DNA of 64,000 nt from an uncultured Rhodobacter sp. (lineage in GTDB: Bacteria > Pseudomonadota > Alphaproteobacteria > Rhodobacterales > Rhodobacteraceae). This document shows, in pieces, positions 19,751-28,680 of the stretch. Position 1 is the stretch's first letter; the number at the start of each line of letters is the position of its first letter. The notes under the pieces were generated by a model. It did not search any database. It saw only the letters and a program-made list of their open reading frames with translations, and was not told the origin of the DNA. The stretch spans positions 4,222 through 68,221 of the forward strand of contig CAZWXK010000008.1 of NCBI GenBank assembly GCA_964637875.1, written 5' to 3'. The position numbers were made by a program, and so were the translations under genes.

Positions 19751-19988
19751 AGTCTTGTTCGGACTGTGGCAAATTTATGTCTGCCCGCAAATAGTGCCTG
19801 ATTTGCCACGCAATTCGGGAACAATCGCCCCGGCAACCCGTGATTGTTCGGGGTTCTGTGGATAATCTGTGGAAAAATCCCTTCACTTGAACGCAGTTTT
19901 TGTTAGAATCATTCGCAATTACAAGGGTGGAGGCAGCAGTGCCGGGATGCCACGGTTATTCCGGCCGAGAGCGTATAGGCAGAGGGCG

Positions 19989-20555
19989 ATGATAGCATTT
20001 TCACGTTTTTACAAGCTGGCCCGCATCTGGGTTGCGGTTGTGGCCAGCGTGCTGGTCCTGACCGATGCGGCAACGGCGGGACATACCGCAGGTCACAGCG
20101 AAAGATATGTCCCCGGCATCTGGGTCGATCCCGATGGTTGCGAGCATTGGGTGATGGACGACGGTTGGGAAGGATACATGACCCCCAACGTCACCCCGGA
20201 CGGAATTCCGGTCTGCCGCAGGGTGCAGGCTTGTCTGGTGGAGAACTCGGATCAGCTCTTTGCAGTGGACAAGAGTTATATCAACCCGGCCAACCGCAAG
20301 CGGCTGGCGGATTTCTTTCGCAAGGCCGGGGCGACGTCCTATGTGATCTATGGCCATACCGACAGCACCGCATCGGATGCGTACAACATGCGATTATCGC
20401 TCAGGCGCGCCGAGGCCGTGGCGGCAATCGCACGATCGGTGGGCGCAAGGGTCTCGAAGGTACGAGGATTTGGCGAACGACAGCCCATTGCCTCGAACAA
20501 GACGGCCTATGGTCGATCGCGGAACCGCCGTGTCGAAGTCATCTGTATCAAATAA
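19989..20555 (+). CDS. OmpA-family peptidoglycan-binding protein with a novel Cys-containing N-domain
   Basis: Signal/TM segment IWVAVVASVLVLTDAATA. N-domain GIWVDPDGCEHWVMDDGWEGYM...GIPVC. C-terminal OmpA motifs GHTDSTASDAYNMRLSLRRAEAV and NRRVEV. Confidence 0.75.
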   Translation: MIAFSRFYKLARIWVAVVASVLVLTDAATAGHTAGHSERYVPGIWVDPDGCEHWVMDDGWEGYMTPNVTPDGIPVCRRVQACLVENSDQLFAVDKSYINPANRKRLADFFRKAGATSYVIYGHTDSTASDAYNMRLSLRRAEAVAAIARSVGARVSKVRGFGERQPIASNKTAYGRSRNRRVEVICIK

Positions 20556-20570
20556 TCGGGGGAAAGCGCG

Positions 20571-20870
20571 ATGAAACCTGTTCAGGGAATGATCCTCGGA
20601 TTCGCGGCCTTGGTCACCGCCTGCACGCAGATTCCGATCGGCCCGGACAAGTCGGTTGATCGGGGGCCGGTCAATATCCACCCCCTCAGCAACATGAAGG
20701 CCGGTATCTGGGTCGATCCGAATGGCTGCGACCAGTGGATCATCGACGATGGCGCCGAAGGCTACATGTCGGCCCGGCTCGACCGTTACGGCAAACCGGT
20801 CTGCTCGGGCATCGCAAAGCCGACCTACACCGTCGGCAAGTTCAAGAACTGGGTGCCGGATCCCCTTTGA
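20571..20870 (+). CDS. Small lipoprotein carrying the same GIWVDPxGC...EGYM...PVC domain
   Basis: Lipobox ALVTAC. The domain GIWVDPNGCDQWIIDDGAEGYM...GKPVC is paralogous to the upstream gene. GGGGGAAAG lies before the ATG. Confidence 0.7.
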   Translation: MKPVQGMILGFAALVTACTQIPIGPDKSVDRGPVNIHPLSNMKAGIWVDPNGCDQWIIDDGAEGYMSARLDRYGKPVCSGIAKPTYTVGKFKNWVPDPL

Positions 20871-21019
20871 TGGCAACAGGCATGTCATCGGCTCGGGCCG
20901 TGGGGCGTGACCTCGCGGCCCGTTGTCGGTTGCGCCAGGTGAATTTTTCGTGCAGGGCCTTGCCGCGAGCCGGCCGAATGGGCAGCATGCAGATGAATGA
21001 TTGAACCACGGAGAACCTC

Positions 21020-22039
21020 TTGGCGACGACCGCGCTGAATCCGCCACCGTCATCACCTGAAAACGCAACGGTGCGCATGACCTTTCCCGACAACCGGCTG
21101 CTGGTCGATCTGTGCGGCGAATATGACCGCAACCTTGCCGAAATCGAGCAGGCTTTCGATGTCGATATCCTGCGGCGCGGCAACGAATTGTCGATCATCG
21201 GCGAGCAGGCCGCATGTCATCGGGCAGAGGAAACCCTCAGGGCGCTGTATGACCGGCTCGAGGCCGGTCGTCCCGTCGAGGCGGCCGATGTCAAGGCGGC
21301 GATACGTTTTGGCAAGCCCGCCGAACGCGATGCGGAAAAAGGCAGCGATCAGCTGGAAATGTTTCGCGGCGGGCAGATCACCATAAGGACCCGAAAGAAA
21401 CAGGTCGAGCCGCGCACACGCAATCAGGCCGAATATGTACGTCAGCTTTTCGAACACGAGCTGGTCTTCGGTCTGGGTCCCGCCGGAACCGGCAAGACCT
21501 ATCTGGCCGTCGCGGTTGCCGTGTCGATGTTCATCGAGGGCCATGTCGATCGCATCCTCCTGTCGCGCCCCGCGGTCGAGGCTGGCGAGCGGCTGGGTTT
21601 TCTGCCCGGCGACATGAAGGAAAAGGTCGACCCCTACATGCAGCCCCTTTATGATGCGCTGAATGATTTTCTGCCTGCGCGGCAGCTGGGCAGGCTGATC
21701 GAGGAAAAGCGGATCGAGATCGCCCCCCTTGCCTTCATGCGGGGGCGTACCCTGTCAAATGCCTTTGTCGTTCTGGACGAGGCGCAGAATGCCACCAGCA
21801 TGCAGATGAAGATGTTTCTCACGCGTCTGGGCGAGGGATCGCGCATGGTGGTCACCGGTGACATGACCCAGATCGACCTGCCGCGCGGGGTGATTTCGGG
21901 CCTGATCGAGGCCGAGCGTATCCTGCGCGGCGTGCCGGGGATCGGCTTTACCCGCTTTACCGCCCGCGACGTGGTGCGTCACCCGATGGTCGCCCGCATC
22001 ATCGAGGCCTACGAAAAGGCCGGCAACCCCGATGCCTGA
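21020..22039 (+). CDS. phoH: PhoH-family ATPase (YbeZ-like)
   Basis: Walker A GPAGTGKTY and conserved VLDEAQN. It sits upstream of ybeY. A TTG start with ACGGAG is proposed, and an alternative ATG exists at 21077. Confidence 0.85.
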   Translation: MATTALNPPPSSPENATVRMTFPDNRLLVDLCGEYDRNLAEIEQAFDVDILRRGNELSIIGEQAACHRAEETLRALYDRLEAGRPVEAADVKAAIRFGKPAERDAEKGSDQLEMFRGGQITIRTRKKQVEPRTRNQAEYVRQLFEHELVFGLGPAGTGKTYLAVAVAVSMFIEGHVDRILLSRPAVEAGERLGFLPGDMKEKVDPYMQPLYDALNDFLPARQLGRLIEEKRIEIAPLAFMRGRTLSNAFVVLDEAQNATSMQMKMFLTRLGEGSRMVVTGDMTQIDLPRGVISGLIEAERILRGVPGIGFTRFTARDVVRHPMVARIIEAYEKAGNPDA

Positions 22040-22535
22040 GACGGTCGAAACCCTCGTCGAGGATGATCGGTGGAACGCCGTTCCCGTCGCCGCTCTGGCC
22101 CGGAGGTCCTGCCATGCGGTCCTTGCGCATCTGGGGCTTGACCCCGGTTGCTATGAAGTCGCGGTGATGGCCTGCAATGATGCGCGCATGGCCCGCTTGA
22201 ACGCGGAATTCCGCGATCTGGACAAACCGACCAATGTCCTGTCCTGGCCGGCGCTGGATCTTGCCCCCGACCGGCCGGGTGGAACGCCCGCTGCCGTGCC
22301 TGTCGCCACGGCGGGTCCGGCGCAGGAACTGGGCGATATCGCGGTCGCCTATGAGACCTGCATGCGCGAGGCCGATGAACAGGGTATCAGCCTTGCCGAT
22401 CATGTGACGCATCTGCTGGTTCACGGTTGCCTGCACCTGTTGGGATATGACCATGTGCATGATGCGGATGCCGCCCTGATGGAGGGGCTCGAAATCGCGA
22501 TACTTGCCAAGCTGGGCGTGGCAAACCCATATTGA
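22032..22535 (+). CDS. ybeY: rRNA maturation endoribonuclease YbeY
   Basis: Zinc motif HLLVHGCLHLLGYDH. It overlaps the phoH stop. Confidence 0.9.
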   Translation: MPETVETLVEDDRWNAVPVAALARRSCHAVLAHLGLDPGCYEVAVMACNDARMARLNAEFRDLDKPTNVLSWPALDLAPDRPGGTPAAVPVATAGPAQELGDIAVAYETCMREADEQGISLADHVTHLLVHGCLHLLGYDHVHDADAALMEGLEIAILAKLGVANPY

Positions 22536-22574
22536 GACCATCCCGCATCAGCGGGCATCAACCGGACAGGAGCC

Positions 22575-23465
22575 ATGGACGACACGGGCGAAGGATCATC
22601 TGCCGCGGCGCAGGGCGCGCACAAGGAGACAAAGGGACACGGCCACAGTTGGCTTTCCCGCATTTTCGGATCGGGCAACCAGGACGAAAACGCCAGCGCG
22701 GTATCGGAACATGCGCCGCGAAACGGCCACACGCTGTCGCCCTCGGGCGGGATCGGCAATCTCAACCGGGTTCGGGTCGAGGACGTCGCGGTACCCCGTG
22801 CCGAGATCGTGGCGGTACCGGTCGAAATCTCGCTGGACGAGCTGGTGCGCACCTTTCGCGACAGCGGCCTTACCCGTCTGCCTGTATTCGAGGAAACCCT
22901 GGATACGCCGCTGGGATTCGTTCACCTCAAGGATCTTGCCCTGAAGCATGGCTTCGCCTGTGACGACCAGACACTGGATCTGCGCGCGATGTTGCGTCCG
23001 CTGCTGTTTGCGCCGCCATCCATGCCAATCGGGGTATTGCTGCAGAAAATGCAGACGGATCGCATCCATATGGCGCTGGTGATCGATGAATATGGCGGGG
23101 TGGACGGGCTGGTCACCATCGAGGACCTGATCGAACAGGTTCTGGGTGAGATCGAGGACGAGCACGACGTTGACGAAGATCAGTACTGGGTGCAGGAAAA
23201 GCCAGGCGTGTTCATCTGCCAGGCACGTACCCCGATCGACGCCTTTGAAGAGGAAACCGGCCTGACACTGGCCGACCCCCATGGCGAGGACGAGATAGAC
23301 ACGCTGGGCGGGCTGGTCTTTGTCCTTTCCGGCCGGGTTCCCGTACGCGGCGAGGTGATTGCACATCCCTCGGGGGTGGAGTTCGAGGTTCTGGATGCCG
23401 ACCCACGGCGGATCAAGAGATTGCGCGTGGTGCTGCCCCGGCAGTCGGGCGGAAGGGGCGGCTGA
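22575..23465 (+). CDS. corC: CBS-domain / CorC_HlyC transporter-associated protein (CorC/YbeX-like)
   Basis: Tandem CBS region plus a C-terminal CorC_HlyC domain, in the conserved position ybeY-corC-lnt. Confidence 0.8.
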   Translation: MDDTGEGSSAAAQGAHKETKGHGHSWLSRIFGSGNQDENASAVSEHAPRNGHTLSPSGGIGNLNRVRVEDVAVPRAEIVAVPVEISLDELVRTFRDSGLTRLPVFEETLDTPLGFVHLKDLALKHGFACDDQTLDLRAMLRPLLFAPPSMPIGVLLQKMQTDRIHMALVIDEYGGVDGLVTIEDLIEQVLGEIEDEHDVDEDQYWVQEKPGVFICQARTPIDAFEEETGLTLADPHGEDEIDTLGGLVFVLSGRVPVRGEVIAHPSGVEFEVLDADPRRIKRLRVVLPRQSGGRGG

Positions 23466-25016
23466 ATGGAAATGTCCACCAGGCGCCAACGCCTGACGAC
23501 CGTATCGGCCGGGCTGCTGGGCGGCGCAATCATGGCGCTGGGACAAGAGCCCGTTTCCTGGCCGCTGGCGATGCTTGCCGGGTTCCTGTTTCTGGGTGAT
23601 CGTTTCCTGCGGGTGCGGGCCACGCGCGGCGCGGCCCTGTTGGGCTGGAGCGCAGGCCTGGGATATTTCGCGGCCTCGCTGTACTGGATCGTCGAACCCT
23701 TTCTGGTCGAGCCCGAGGTCTATGGCTGGATGGCGCCTTTCGCTCTGATCCTGCTGGCCGGCGGTCTTGCCCTGTTCTGGGCCGGGGCCTTTGCGGTTGC
23801 CTTTTTGCCGCGCCGATCACGCGCGCGCGCGCAGCTCGCAGGGGTCGCGGAGGCGCCGAACATGCAGCGACGGCGTGTGCTGCTGTTGCCGTTTGTGCTG
23901 ACCCTTGCCGAGATGCTGCGCGGCACGATCTTTACCGGGTTTCCATGGGGTCTGCCTGCCTATGGGTGGATCAATACGCCGATCGCGCAGAACCTGTCCT
24001 GGGCCGGGCCCTATGGTCTGACGCTGATTACGCTGCTGCTTGGCGTCCTGCCCCTTGTCTGGCGCCATGCACGGGTCGGCCTGGTCCTGTCTGCCGGTGC
24101 TCTTGGCGGGCTCTGGCTGTGGGGCGATGCGCGTCTGGCGCCGGCATTGCCCGCGCGCATGCCCGAGTTGCGGTTGCGTCTGATCCAGCCCAATGCTCCG
24201 CAGGCCGAGAAATGGGATCCCCAAAAGATGCCGATCTTTTTCCGTCGCCAGCTGAACCTGACGGCGGCCGACCCGTCCTTTGCTCCCGATCTGGTGATCT
24301 GGCCGGAAACGGCGGTGCCTTTCTGGCTGGGCCAGAGGCCGGGCCTGCAGCGGCTGGTTGCGGATTCGGCCCCGCCCGGGGCAACGGTGATCATTGGCGC
24401 CCGCCGAGCCGAGGGGCGGCGGTTCTTCAACGCGCTGGCGGTTCTTGGGCGGGATGGTCAGGTCGCGCAGCGCTATGACAAGGCCCATCTTGTGCCTTTC
24501 GGGGAATATGTCCCCTTCGGGGCCTTTTTCGCCCGTTTTGGAATTACCGGCCTTGCGGCCGAAGACGGCGGCGGGTTCAGTGCGGGGCCCGGCGCGGTGC
24601 TGCTGGATCTTGGCAAGGCGGGCAAGGTGCGCCCTCTGATCTGTTACGAGGCAATCTTTCCGGCCGAGATTGCCCGCGGGGTCGCCCGTCCCGACTGGAT
24701 GCTCCAGATTACCAACGACGCCTGGTTCGGCAGGAACGCCGGCCCCCGTCAGCATTTCGCGCAGGCCCGGGCCCGGGCAATCGAACAGGGCCTGCCGATG
24801 GTGCGGGTGGCCAATACCGGCATAACCGCCGTCATTGGCCCCAGGGGAAGGATTCGCGCACAGCTCCCCCCCCGTGTTGCGGGCAAGCTGGATTCCTTGC
24901 TGCCATCGGCGCTGCCGCCGACGCCCTATTCACGTATGGGTGATGCGCCGGTTCTTTTCTTCGTGCTGCTTGGCGGTTTCCTGCTGGCCTGGCGGCGGCG
25001 AAAAATTAATCATTGA
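23466..25016 (+). CDS. lnt: Apolipoprotein N-acyltransferase
   Basis: Multi-TM N-terminus plus a carbon-nitrogen hydrolase domain (LIQPN..., KAHLVPFGEYVP, LICYEAIFP). Confidence 0.9.
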   Translation: MEMSTRRQRLTTVSAGLLGGAIMALGQEPVSWPLAMLAGFLFLGDRFLRVRATRGAALLGWSAGLGYFAASLYWIVEPFLVEPEVYGWMAPFALILLAGGLALFWAGAFAVAFLPRRSRARAQLAGVAEAPNMQRRRVLLLPFVLTLAEMLRGTIFTGFPWGLPAYGWINTPIAQNLSWAGPYGLTLITLLLGVLPLVWRHARVGLVLSAGALGGLWLWGDARLAPALPARMPELRLRLIQPNAPQAEKWDPQKMPIFFRRQLNLTAADPSFAPDLVIWPETAVPFWLGQRPGLQRLVADSAPPGATVIIGARRAEGRRFFNALAVLGRDGQVAQRYDKAHLVPFGEYVPFGAFFARFGITGLAAEDGGGFSAGPGAVLLDLGKAGKVRPLICYEAIFPAEIARGVARPDWMLQITNDAWFGRNAGPRQHFAQARARAIEQGLPMVRVANTGITAVIGPRGRIRAQLPPRVAGKLDSLLPSALPPTPYSRMGDAPVLFFVLLGGFLLAWRRRKINH

Positions 25017-25053
25017 CCCGCATAACGCGCGGCCTTAACCACATTTCATTCTT

Positions 25054-25100
25054 GCCGCCACAACGGCTTCCTGACGTGGCGGTGTAAACCCAATGGAGCA
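25054..25100 (+). promoter_or_regulatory. SAM-SAH riboswitch (metK leader)
   Basis: GCCGCCACAACGGCUUCCUGACGUGGCGG...AAUGGAGCA. It has a 7-bp P1 (CCGCCAC/GUGGCGG). The core CACAACGGCUUCCUGACGUGGC matches the motif as I remember it from Rhodobacterales metK leaders. The 3' tail contains the GGAG Shine-Dalgarno that can pair with the CUUCC loop. Confidence 0.8.
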
Positions 25101-25104
25101 CTAC

Positions 25105-26286
25105 ATGTCCCGACAGAATTATCTTTTCACTTCGGAATCCGTTTCCGAGGGTCACCCCGACAAGGTCTGCGACCGTATTTCGGATGCTGTTCTCGACGCC
25201 TTCCTGGCCGAGCAGCCCGAGGCCCGCGTCGCCTGCGAAACCTTTGCCACGACCAATCGCGTGGTGATCGGCGGTGAAGTCGGGTTGACCGACAAGGCCC
25301 GCCTCTCCGAAATGAAGGAGCAGGTCGAACAGATCGCCCGCGATTGCATCCGCGACATCGGCTATGAGCAGGAGAAATTCCACTGGAAGACCTGCGAGAT
25401 CACCAACCTGCTGCACGAACAATCCGCCCATATCGCCCAGGGTGTGGATGCAGCCGACAACAAGGACGAAGGCGCAGGCGACCAGGGCATCATGTTCGGC
25501 TATGCGGTGCGTGAAACGCCCGAACTGATGCCGGCGCCGATCCAGTATGCCCATGCCATCCTGCGCCGTCTGGCCGAGGTGCGCAAGGCGGGTGACGCGC
25601 CTACCCTTGGACCGGACGCCAAGTCGCAGTTGTCCATCCGCTACGAGGGCGGCAATCCGGTCGAAGTGACCTCGATCGTGCTCTCCACCCAGCACGCCCA
25701 TGAAAGCCAGACATCCGACGATATCCGTGAAATCGTCGAACCCTATATCCGCGAAGTCCTGCCCGAGGGCTGGATCAACGGCAATACCGACTGGCACGTC
25801 AACCCGACCGGCACCTTCGTGATCGGCGGCCCCGATGGCGATGCCGGCCTGACGGGGCGCAAGATCATCGTTGATACCTATGGCGGCGCGGCCCCCCATG
25901 GCGGCGGGGCGTTTTCCGGCAAGGATCCGACCAAGGTTGACCGGTCAGCCGCCTATGCGGCCCGCTATCTGGCCAAGAACGTGGTTGCCGCCGGTGTTGC
26001 CGATCGCTGCACGCTGCAACTGTCTTATGCCATCGGCGTGGCCAGACCGCTGTCGATCTATGTCGATACCCACGGCACCGGACAGGTCGCTGACAGCGAA
26101 ATCGAGCGCGCGGTTGCCGAAATAATGGACCTGACCCCGCGCGGCATCCGCACCCATCTGGGGCTGAACAGGCCGATCTATCAGCGCACTGCCGCCTATG
26201 GCCATTTCGGCCGCACCCCCGAGGATGACGGCGGTTTCAGCTGGGAACGCACTGATCTTGTGGACGCCCTCAAGGCGGCGCTGTAA
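25105..26286 (+). CDS. metK: S-adenosylmethionine synthetase
   Basis: [20 protein letters not shown] and [16 protein letters not shown] are canonical MetK. The start is set at the ATG following the riboswitch GGAG. Confidence 0.95.
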   Translation: MSRQNYLFTSESVSEGHPDKVCDRISDAVLDAFLAEQPEARVACETFATTNRVVIGGEVGLTDKARLSEMKEQVEQIARDCIRDIGYEQEKFHWKTCEITNLLHEQSAHIAQGVDAADNKDEGAGDQGIMFGYAVRETPELMPAPIQYAHAILRRLAEVRKAGDAPTLGPDAKSQLSIRYEGGNPVEVTSIVLSTQHAHESQTSDDIREIVEPYIREVLPEGWINGNTDWHVNPTGTFVIGGPDGDAGLTGRKIIVDTYGGAAPHGGGAFSGKDPTKVDRSAAYAARYLAKNVVAAGVADRCTLQLSYAIGVARPLSIYVDTHGTGQVADSEIERAVAEIMDLTPRGIRTHLGLNRPIYQRTAAYGHFGRTPEDDGGFSWERTDLVDALKAAL

Positions 26287-26311
26287 GGCGGGCCTGATCC
26301 AAGGGAAAATC

Positions 26312-26345
26312 AAGGCCCCGGATCATTTCCGGGGCCTTTCCATTT
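26312..26345 (+). terminator. Rho-independent terminator of metK
   Basis: AAGGCCCCGG-atcattt-CCGGGGCCTT followed by TCCATTT. Confidence 0.8.
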
Positions 26346-26350
26346 GCGGG

Positions 26351-27091
26351 ATGCGACAGATGAGCAAGGACAAGGCCCCCGGCAAATCACATTCGGGCGC
26401 GCCCTGGCGCAACTTTTACGGCCGTCGCCACGGCAAGACCCTGCGCAACAGCCAGCGGGAATATCTGGAATCCGACCTGCGCCGCCTGGCGGTTCCAGAT
26501 GTCGGCTGGGACGAAAACCCCGAACGGCGCAAGATCGACCTGACGCAGCTGTTTGGCGATGGGCGGCCGGTCTGGCTGGAAATCGGCTTTGGCGGGGGCG
26601 AGCACATGGTGCATCAGGCGGCCCTGCACCCCGAGGTCGGGCTGATCGGCTGCGAGCCCTTCATCAACGGCGTCGCCATGCTGCTGGGCAAGATCCGCGA
26701 GGCCGGTGTCGAAAACCTTGCCATCCATCCGGGCGATGTGCGCGACCTGTTCGATGTGCTGCCCGATGCGTCGATCGCGCGGGCCTTTCTGCTGTATCCC
26801 GACCCCTGGCCGAAAAAGCGCCACCATCGGCGCCGTTTCGTGAACCCGGAATTCCTGGATCCGCTGGCCCGCGTCATGCAGCCGGGCGCCATCCTGCGCG
26901 TTGCCACCGACATCGAGGATTATGTTCGCCAGACGCTGGAACAATTGACCCGCCACCCCGATTTCGAATGGCTTGCCGAAGGGCCTGATGACTGGCGCAA
27001 ACCTTGGGAAGACTGGGAATCGACCCGCTATGAAAACAAGGCCCTGCGCGAGGGGCGCAGACCGCATTACCTGACCTTCAGGCGTCGGTAA
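26351..27091 (+). CDS. trmB: tRNA (guanine-N7)-methyltransferase
   Basis: NFYGRRHGK, LEIGFGGGEH and YPDPWPKKRHHRRR motifs. The start could be at 26351 or 26360. Confidence 0.9.
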   Translation: MRQMSKDKAPGKSHSGAPWRNFYGRRHGKTLRNSQREYLESDLRRLAVPDVGWDENPERRKIDLTQLFGDGRPVWLEIGFGGGEHMVHQAALHPEVGLIGCEPFINGVAMLLGKIREAGVENLAIHPGDVRDLFDVLPDASIARAFLLYPDPWPKKRHHRRRFVNPEFLDPLARVMQPGAILRVATDIEDYVRQTLEQLTRHPDFEWLAEGPDDWRKPWEDWESTRYENKALREGRRPHYLTFRRR

Positions 27092-27755
27092 TCGCGCTGT
27101 CGTCGTCCGGCCGGGGTGCAAGCAGCCGACGGAACAGATCCATGGCCTTGTCATTCAGCGCGCGTCGCTGGCGATCGTCCATCTGGTCCCAGTGCTCAAG
27201 AAACCAGCGATCCATCGACATGGCCAGCGACATCACCATGTCGATGATCAGGCCCTCGGGCAGGTCCCGGCGCAACAGGCCCAGCCGCTGCCCCCTGTCG
27301 ATCAGATCCTTCAGCCAGTCGGTCGATATCTGCATGATCTCTTGCGTCAGCATGCGCTCGTCCGGGTTTTCGTGGCAGCGATAGAACATCCGCCCGACGG
27401 TGATCATTTGGGGCGAGCTTTCGGCCATTTTCGACAGCTCATCCGCCATGGTGGCGATCATCGGCCAGAAATTGTCGCGGTTCAGCCGCGCAAGATCAAA
27501 GGAAGAGCGCGCCGAAAGAATGGGCTGCATGGCGTCATTCAGGATCTGCATGAAAAGATCCTGCTTGTTTCTGAAATAGTGATAGAAGGACGATTTTCTC
27601 ATCCCTACCGCATCGATGATGCGATTGAGAGAGGCGCCACGAAAGCCGTGGGTTGCAAATTCTGCCGCACCTGTCTGAAAGATCCGGTTGCGTCTTTCAT
27701 CCGGGAGCCTGTGTGAAGCGTGATCGTTCATGTTCTTGACAGGGGTGGGCGCCAT
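27078..27755 (-). CDS. TetR/AcrR family transcriptional regulator
   Basis: N-terminal HTH (RIFQTGAAEFATHGFRGASLNRIIDAVGMRKSSFYHYFRNK). It is divergent from the ABC/LolA-like operon. An alternative start exists at 27731. Confidence 0.85.
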   Translation of the reverse strand: MAPTPVKNMNDHASHRLPDERRNRIFQTGAAEFATHGFRGASLNRIIDAVGMRKSSFYHYFRNKQDLFMQILNDAMQPILSARSSFDLARLNRDNFWPMIATMADELSKMAESSPQMITVGRMFYRCHENPDERMLTQEIMQISTDWLKDLIDRGQRLGLLRRDLPEGLIIDMVMSLAMSMDRWFLEHWDQMDDRQRRALNDKAMDLFRRLLAPRPDDDSAITDA

Positions 27756-27769
27756 GGCTACCTATGGTG

Positions 27770-27787
27770 CTGGACCGACTGGTCCAG
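27770..27787. promoter_or_regulatory. Candidate TetR operator CTGGACC-gact-GGTCCAG just downstream of a TTGACA-N17-TACCTA promoter
   Basis: 7-bp inverted arms read directly from the sequence. TTGACA is at 27736-27741 and TACCTA at 27759-27764, both facing the + operon. Confidence 0.45.
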
Positions 27788-27879
27788 TAAATTCCTTAAC
27801 CTACCCGTTCGGGTTTGGCAAGTTGGCAAGGGTCTGCCGCGCGCCCATCGCGCGGGCAGGAGGGGAGAGAGGGATCGGC

Positions 27880-28677
27880 ATGTCTCGCATTTTCACGGAC
27901 CGGGAAAGGCCCGATATCCGGCGCAGCATGTCGATCGCCATTCTGGCAATGCTGGCACTGGTTGTCATTGCGCTGCCGCAGGCGTCGGCCCAGGATGCGC
28001 GCACGATCCTGAAAAAGGCCTATGACAACTGGCGCGCCGACAGTTCCTTTTCCGTGGTCGAGATGACCATCAAGCGCAAGGGGAGCCTGCGCAAGCTGAC
28101 CATGAAAAGCTGGACAAAGGGCACGGACAAGGCCCTGGTACGTTTCGTTGCGCCTGCGCGCGACGCCGGCAATGCGACCTTGCAGATCGGCAATTCCACC
28201 TATGTATACAACCCCCGGATCAATCAGGTGATCAAGCTGCCGGCCAGCGCCATGTCGCAATCATGGATGGGCTCGGATTTTTCCTATAACGATCTGGCGC
28301 GTTCGCAGAGGGTGCTCGACGACTATACCCACAAGCTGATCGGAACCAGGATCATCAAGGGACAAAAGATCTATGTGATCGAATCCATTCCCAAAAGGGG
28401 CAGGCCCATCGTGTGGGGCAAGCAGATCATCATGGTGCGCGGTGACGGTGTGTTGTACCGGGTCGAATATTACGACCAGCTGGGCAAGCGGGTGCGTGTG
28501 ATGACGGCCGACAAGATCGGTCGTATCGGCGGGCGGCTTTATCCGATCGTGATGACCATGCGACGCGATGACAAGCCTGGGCAATACACCCGCATTGCCA
28601 CACGAACCGCCCAGTTCAACATTCCGATCCCGGCCTATGTCTTTACCCGCTCGAACCTGCAGAACCCGAGGGATTGA
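27880..28677 (+). CDS. Periplasmic LolA-like outer-membrane lipoprotein-sorting protein
   Basis: ATG with AGGAGGGGAGAGAGGG upstream. Signal peptide SIAILAMLALVVIALPQASAQ. All-beta sequence pattern typical of LolA_like proteins (ALVRFVAPARDAGNATL..., YVYNPRINQV). Confidence 0.7.
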   Translation: MSRIFTDRERPDIRRSMSIAILAMLALVVIALPQASAQDARTILKKAYDNWRADSSFSVVEMTIKRKGSLRKLTMKSWTKGTDKALVRFVAPARDAGNATLQIGNSTYVYNPRINQVIKLPASAMSQSWMGSDFSYNDLARSQRVLDDYTHKLIGTRIIKGQKIYVIESIPKRGRPIVWGKQIIMVRGDGVLYRVEYYDQLGKRVRVMTADKIGRIGGRLYPIVMTMRRDDKPGQYTRIATRTAQFNIPIPAYVFTRSNLQNPRD

Positions 28678-28680
28678 GGC

